A DNA stretch of 56,306 bases from Candidatus Woesearchaeota archaeon. GTDB lineage: Archaea > Nanobdellota > Nanobdellia > SCGC-AAA011-G17 > GW2011-AR20. Location: positions 1-56,306 of the forward strand of contig JACQNJ010000022.1 in NCBI GenBank assembly GCA_016203115.1. The letters are read 5' to 3'. Below the pieces are notes generated by a model that saw nothing but the letters and a program-made list of their open reading frames with translations, was not told the DNA's origin and ran no database searches. Shown here in pieces: positions 52,920 to 56,306 of this stretch. The number at the start of each line of letters is the position of its first letter. The stretch's first letter is position 1. Both the position numbers and the translations under genes were made by a program.

Positions 52920-55622
52920 ATGAGAAATCTGTTTTGTGATGAAAAAAACTTAATTAATGAGGCTACTGTTGAGAGTTTATTTGTAGATAGATTACTTACT
53001 TTTTTAATTTTTAAAGACGAAAATATTAAAAGAAAAAATAGTATACAAATACTAACCATAGGCAAGGGCTCTAAGAAAGAGCAACATAAACCCGATTATG
53101 TGTGTTTTGTTAAGAGCAAACCAAAAATAGTTATTGATGCTAAAGACCCAAAAGAAGATGTAGATGATTACATCTACCAAACCTCTGGATATTCTCTTTC
53201 ATTAAACCAAAAATTTGATAATGAAAATCCTGTTGAATATTTTATTTTAACAAATGGTTTTATATTAAAATTATTTAAGTGGGATAATGAAAGACCGATA
53301 TTAACATTAAAATTTAAAGATTTTGAGAAAAATAATCCTAAACTTGAAAAATTACAGAACATAATATCTTTTAAAATATTAAGTAAAAGAAAGCCACAAG
53401 AAATACAAGATTTAGTTAAAGGGTTTGAATTTAGAAAGCCAAAATCAAATAATGAGATTGAAGCAATATTTAGGGCGTGTCATCAAATAATTTGGAGAAA
53501 AGACAATATAAAACCTTCAGAAGCTTTCCCAGAATTTGCTAAATTATCTTTTATAAAAATACATTATGATAGAAAAATTCATGATATGATGAGAAGGGGG
53601 GAAAAACCAAAAAAGGAAGATTATACCTTTAGTGTTGATTGGATTGAAAAGCAAGAAAAAGAGTTAAATGAAGATAATCCTGTATCTAATATTTTATTCA
53701 AAAAACTAAGAGAAGATTTAGAAGATGAAATAAAAAAAGGAATAAAAAAAAGAATTTTTAATTCCAATGAAGAATTAAATATAAACGCTTCAACAATAAA
53801 AGAAGTAGTTAGGTTATTAGAACATTACAACTTATTTGGGATTGATGAAGATTTAAATGGTAGGATGTTTGAAGCTTTTTTGAGTGCTACTGTTAGAGGA
53901 GAAGCTCTTGGTCAATTCTTTACTCCAAGAACTGTTGTTAAATGTATGACACAGATGGCTAAAATAAAATCAGGTAAGAACAAAATAGATGTTGTTCTTG
54001 ATGGTTTTTGTGGTAGCGGTGGTTTTCTAATAGAAGCTATGACTATAATGAGGGAAAAGATTGAAAAAAATAAGTCATTAACAGACAAAGAAATAGAAAA
54101 TTTAAAAGACAAAATTGTTCAGGAATGCTTATATGGAATAGATGCAGATAAAAGCCCATATTTTAAGATTTCAAGAATAGCAAGGATGAATATGGTAATG
54201 CACGGAGATGGGAATAATCGTATTTATTGGTTACCAGATACATTAGACAAAAATATAGAAATTGAAAAGAGTGTTAATAAAGAATTAAGACAAGAAGCGG
54301 AAGAATTAAAGGCAAAAATTAAAGAAAATGATTTAAAATTTGATATTGTCTTAACCAATCCCCCATTTAGTAGGGGGTATAACAAAAATAAAAAAGATGA
54401 AGCTAAAATATTAGATAAATATGATATTGCCCATAAAGAAGATACTAATAAACTAAAGTCTATTAGGTCTAATGTTCTTTCTTTAGAAGTTTATAGAGAT
54501 TTATTAAAACCACACGGAAAACTTATTACTGTAATGGACGAGAGTGTTCTTAATTCTTATTCTGGAAGAGAATACAGAAAATTTATTAAAAAATATTTTA
54601 TAGTTAAAGCAGTAATATCCCTTCCTCAAAACGCTTTTTTTAATGCAGATGCCAATGTAAAAACGTCTATACTTTATTTAGTGAAAAAAGACAATGAAGA
54701 TGAAGAGCAAGGTGATGTTTTTATGGCTGTAAGCAATAATATAGGTCATAGTGATTCTGGAAAATCCGATTTAGAAAGCTGTGACCTCTTGAAAGTTTAT
54801 GATTATTCACATAAAGTTGTTAATGAAAAGATTGACAAAAGCATATTAGAAAAGTTTTTAGAATATGAAGAAAATGGGTATTTAGAGAAGGAAGACGATA
54901 CAGCATTTATAATAAAAAAGGAAGAGATTGCTACAGCAAATTCAGAAAAAGAAGATGAATTGAAAGGAAGATTAGATTGTTATTCTCATATGCCATCTTA
55001 TAAAAAACTTTTGAAAGAATTGAAAAATCTGGAAAAAGACGGAAAAGTAGAACTTCTTAAAGGAGAAGATTTAGATGTTATAGACCAAATGTCAAAAGAA
55101 GAATATGACAAATTAAAGACTAAAACATTTAAATATATTGACATAGGAAATACAGAAAAAGATTTAGGTATGATTAGAGGTTCTGAAGAAGATTTGCTTA
55201 TTGCGTTACCAACAAGAGCAAGAATGCTAATAAAAGAAAATGACATTTTAATTCCCGCACCTGTTCATTCTGCTTCTGGAATAATTATAATTCCTAAAGA
55301 ATATGAGGGTCAATTATGCTCAAATGGATTTATAGTTATTAGACCTAAAGATTATAGCGAAGCAGTTTTAATTTATACTATTTTAAAAAGCGAATTTCTC
55401 CAAAAGCAATTCTTTCATCTTCAAAGTGGTATAAATCAACAAATGATAACAGATAGAAATTTTAAGAACTTTGTTTATATACCAATTCCAAAAAAAGTAT
55501 ATGATAAAGAGAAGATGATAAAAAATATAAAGAGTTTAATAGGCGAAGCTAAAAAGTTAAAAGAAAATTATAGTGAAAAATTAGTTAAAATCCAAGATGA
55601 ATTTTTAGAGGTTATATCGTAA
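52920..55622 (+). CDS. single-chain restriction-modification enzyme (type IIG-like): HsdR-N PD-(D/E)XK nuclease + gamma-class N6-adenine methyltransferase + one HsdS-like target-recognition domain
   Basis: The track ORF starts at a TTG (52890); the first ATG is 52920. Nuclease KPDYVCF...IVIDAKDP. MTase motifs GQFFTPR, VLDGFCGSGGFLIEA and IVLTNPPFS. The C-terminal ~200 aa (YIDIGNTEK...NDILIPAPV...SNGFIVIRPK...ILKSEF) are TRD-like. Confidence 0.8.
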   Translation: MRNLFCDEKNLINEATVESLFVDRLLTFLIFKDENIKRKNSIQILTIGKGSKKEQHKPDYVCFVKSKPKIVIDAKDPKEDVDDYIYQTSGYSLSLNQKFDNENPVEYFILTNGFILKLFKWDNERPILTLKFKDFEKNNPKLEKLQNIISFKILSKRKPQEIQDLVKGFEFRKPKSNNEIEAIFRACHQIIWRKDNIKPSEAFPEFAKLSFIKIHYDRKIHDMMRRGEKPKKEDYTFSVDWIEKQEKELNEDNPVSNILFKKLREDLEDEIKKGIKKRIFNSNEELNINASTIKEVVRLLEHYNLFGIDEDLNGRMFEAFLSATVRGEALGQFFTPRTVVKCMTQMAKIKSGKNKIDVVLDGFCGSGGFLIEAMTIMREKIEKNKSLTDKEIENLKDKIVQECLYGIDADKSPYFKISRIARMNMVMHGDGNNRIYWLPDTLDKNIEIEKSVNKELRQEAEELKAKIKENDLKFDIVLTNPPFSRGYNKNKKDEAKILDKYDIAHKEDTNKLKSIRSNVLSLEVYRDLLKPHGKLITVMDESVLNSYSGREYRKFIKKYFIVKAVISLPQNAFFNADANVKTSILYLVKKDNEDEEQGDVFMAVSNNIGHSDSGKSDLESCDLLKVYDYSHKVVNEKIDKSILEKFLEYEENGYLEKEDDTAFIIKKEEIATANSEKEDELKGRLDCYSHMPSYKKLLKELKNLEKDGKVELLKGEDLDVIDQMSKEEYDKLKTKTFKYIDIGNTEKDLGMIRGSEEDLLIALPTRARMLIKENDILIPAPVHSASGIIIIPKEYEGQLCSNGFIVIRPKDYSEAVLIYTILKSEFLQKQFFHLQSGINQQMITDRNFKNFVYIPIPKKVYDKEKMIKNIKSLIGEAKKLKENYSEKLVKIQDEFLEVIS

Positions 55623-55777
55623 TGGCAAGACCGACTAGAACAGATAATTTAGTTAAGCATCTTATGATAAATAGAAGGGGCAAGACTAAAGAAATTAAGG
55701 ATGTAGAAAAGAAGCCAAAAGACCCAGAAGATGTTAAGAGATTATTAGAGATGTGGCAAAAGAATAAGAAAAAATGA
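55622..55777 (+). CDS. small basic protein, 51 aa (below ORF-track cutoff)
   Basis: Own translation: MARPTRTDNLVKHLMINRRGKTKEIKDVEKKPKDPEDVKRLLEMWQKNKKK*. Its start overlaps the R-M stop (TAATG) and its stop overlaps the next start (ATGA). Confidence 0.3.
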   Translation: MARPTRTDNLVKHLMINRRGKTKEIKDVEKKPKDPEDVKRLLEMWQKNKKK

Positions 55778-56124
55778 GCATAGACCCACAGCTAACAGCT
55801 TTACAAGTCTATTCATCTTATGTTTTGATTAAATTAAAAATGATTGATTGGAAATGGTGGATACTTGCAGGTATTGGTTTAGGTGGGCTTATTTATGCTA
55901 TTAAAACTTATAATTTAAAGAAAAATAAAGAAAATTTAGAATCAGATAAAAAAGTCTGGATAGCCATATTACAACCAAATTGCACACATAAGGAGGGGAT
56001 TACTCATAGTCCATTCAATTACCAAATAGGCGAAGAGACTTTTATTACAGAGAAAGAAAAGCAATTTTTAGAGGAATGTTATAAAAATAATGGATACGAT
56101 TGGTTTGAATTTAAGAAAAGATAA
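55774..56124 (+). CDS. single-pass membrane protein, 116 aa, unknown function
   Basis: TM segment WWILAGIGLGGLIYAI. The C-terminal ~70 aa are soluble with 2 Cys. It is the last ORF before the right inverted repeat. Confidence 0.35.
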   Translation: MSIDPQLTALQVYSSYVLIKLKMIDWKWWILAGIGLGGLIYAIKTYNLKKNKENLESDKKVWIAILQPNCTHKEGITHSPFNYQIGEETFITEKEKQFLEECYKNNGYDWFEFKKR

Positions 56125-56183
56125 GAGCCTCCCACCACCCGAATACGACACCTTTAATTAACCCCCGACTTTACGACACTAAG

Positions 56184-56191
56184 TGGTTTTT
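56184..56191 (+). repeat. 8-bp target-site duplication TGGTTTTT (right copy)
   Basis: See 51328-51335. Confidence 0.75.
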
Positions 56192-56196
56192 AGTAA

Positions 56197-56263
56197 CCGT
56201 TTAGCTGCTAAGGGTTTGCCTTAGCATGCTATAAGTATTAAGCCCTCTTAAGTTCCATGTAGC
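56197..56263. repeat. 67-nt repeat, copy B (inverted relative to 35147..35213)
   Basis: 60/67 identity to the reverse complement of copy A. Lies 5 nt beyond the transposon's right TSD. Confidence 0.8.
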
Positions 56264-56306
56264 TAATACTGACATTATTGTTTCTTTAATCATTATTCCT
56301 TTCTCA

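Larger units (their letters stand above)
51336..56183. mobile_element. 4,848-bp transposon-like element: IS6-like transposase plus RHH, type IIG-like R-M enzyme and two small ORFs
   Basis: Terminal inverted repeats: 51336-51349 CTTAATGTCGTAAA vs the reverse complement of 56170-56183 CTTAGTGTCGTAAA (13/14; 17/20 over 20 nt). A subterminal 15-mer TGTCGTATTCGGGTG (51380-51394) is inverted exactly at 56136-56150. Flanked by a perfect 8-bp direct repeat. Confidence 0.7.

Noticed and set aside
1-56306. CRISPR arrays, rRNA and tRNA genes
   Set aside because: No regularly spaced direct repeats and no GC-rich structured segments were seen. No non-coding gap exceeds 200 nt. I could not run tRNAscan or Infernal, so small RNAs hidden within or antisense to CDSs cannot be excluded.

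Overview
This window is an AT-rich (about 30% GC by eye), very gene-dense archaeal chromosome fragment. Most intergenic gaps are under 100 nt, and many genes share ATGA or TAATG start/stop overlaps. The archaeal assignment comes directly from the encoded proteins: TBP, MCM, RFC small and large subunits, topoisomerase VI A and B, FEN1, aIF1A, aIF2-beta, an aIF5A-like protein and a Dim2-like KH protein. Compact proteins, pathway modules with missing partners, many secreted proteins and a peptidoglycan-lytic enzyme suggest a DPANN-type small-genome, host-associated archaeon; this is inference only. The window has three parts. (i) 0.1-21 kb is a cell-envelope glycosylation island. It holds a GT4, several GT2s, a GT9 and a GT-C glycosyltransferase, a heptose-7-P kinase-cupin fusion, GmhB, three Nudix proteins and VapBC. 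It also holds a 9-gene minus-strand operon running from a GlcNAc-1-P transferase and a flippase through two B12-radical-SAM enzymes and one SPASM radical-SAM enzyme. (ii) 21-51 kb carries core replication and translation genes. LAGLIDADG inteins split the ATP-binding motifs of Top6B and MCM. Secreted Cys-containing paralogues and an SLT lytic transglycosylase are interspersed. (iii) 51.3-56.2 kb is a 4,848-bp element with an IS6-like transposase, imperfect terminal inverted repeats and a perfect 8-bp direct repeat (TGGTTTTT). Its cargo is an RHH protein, a single-chain nuclease-methylase-specificity (type IIG-like) enzyme and two translationally coupled small ORFs. I recognised no rRNA, tRNA or CRISPR array. 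All family calls rest on motifs read by eye; no database search was run.
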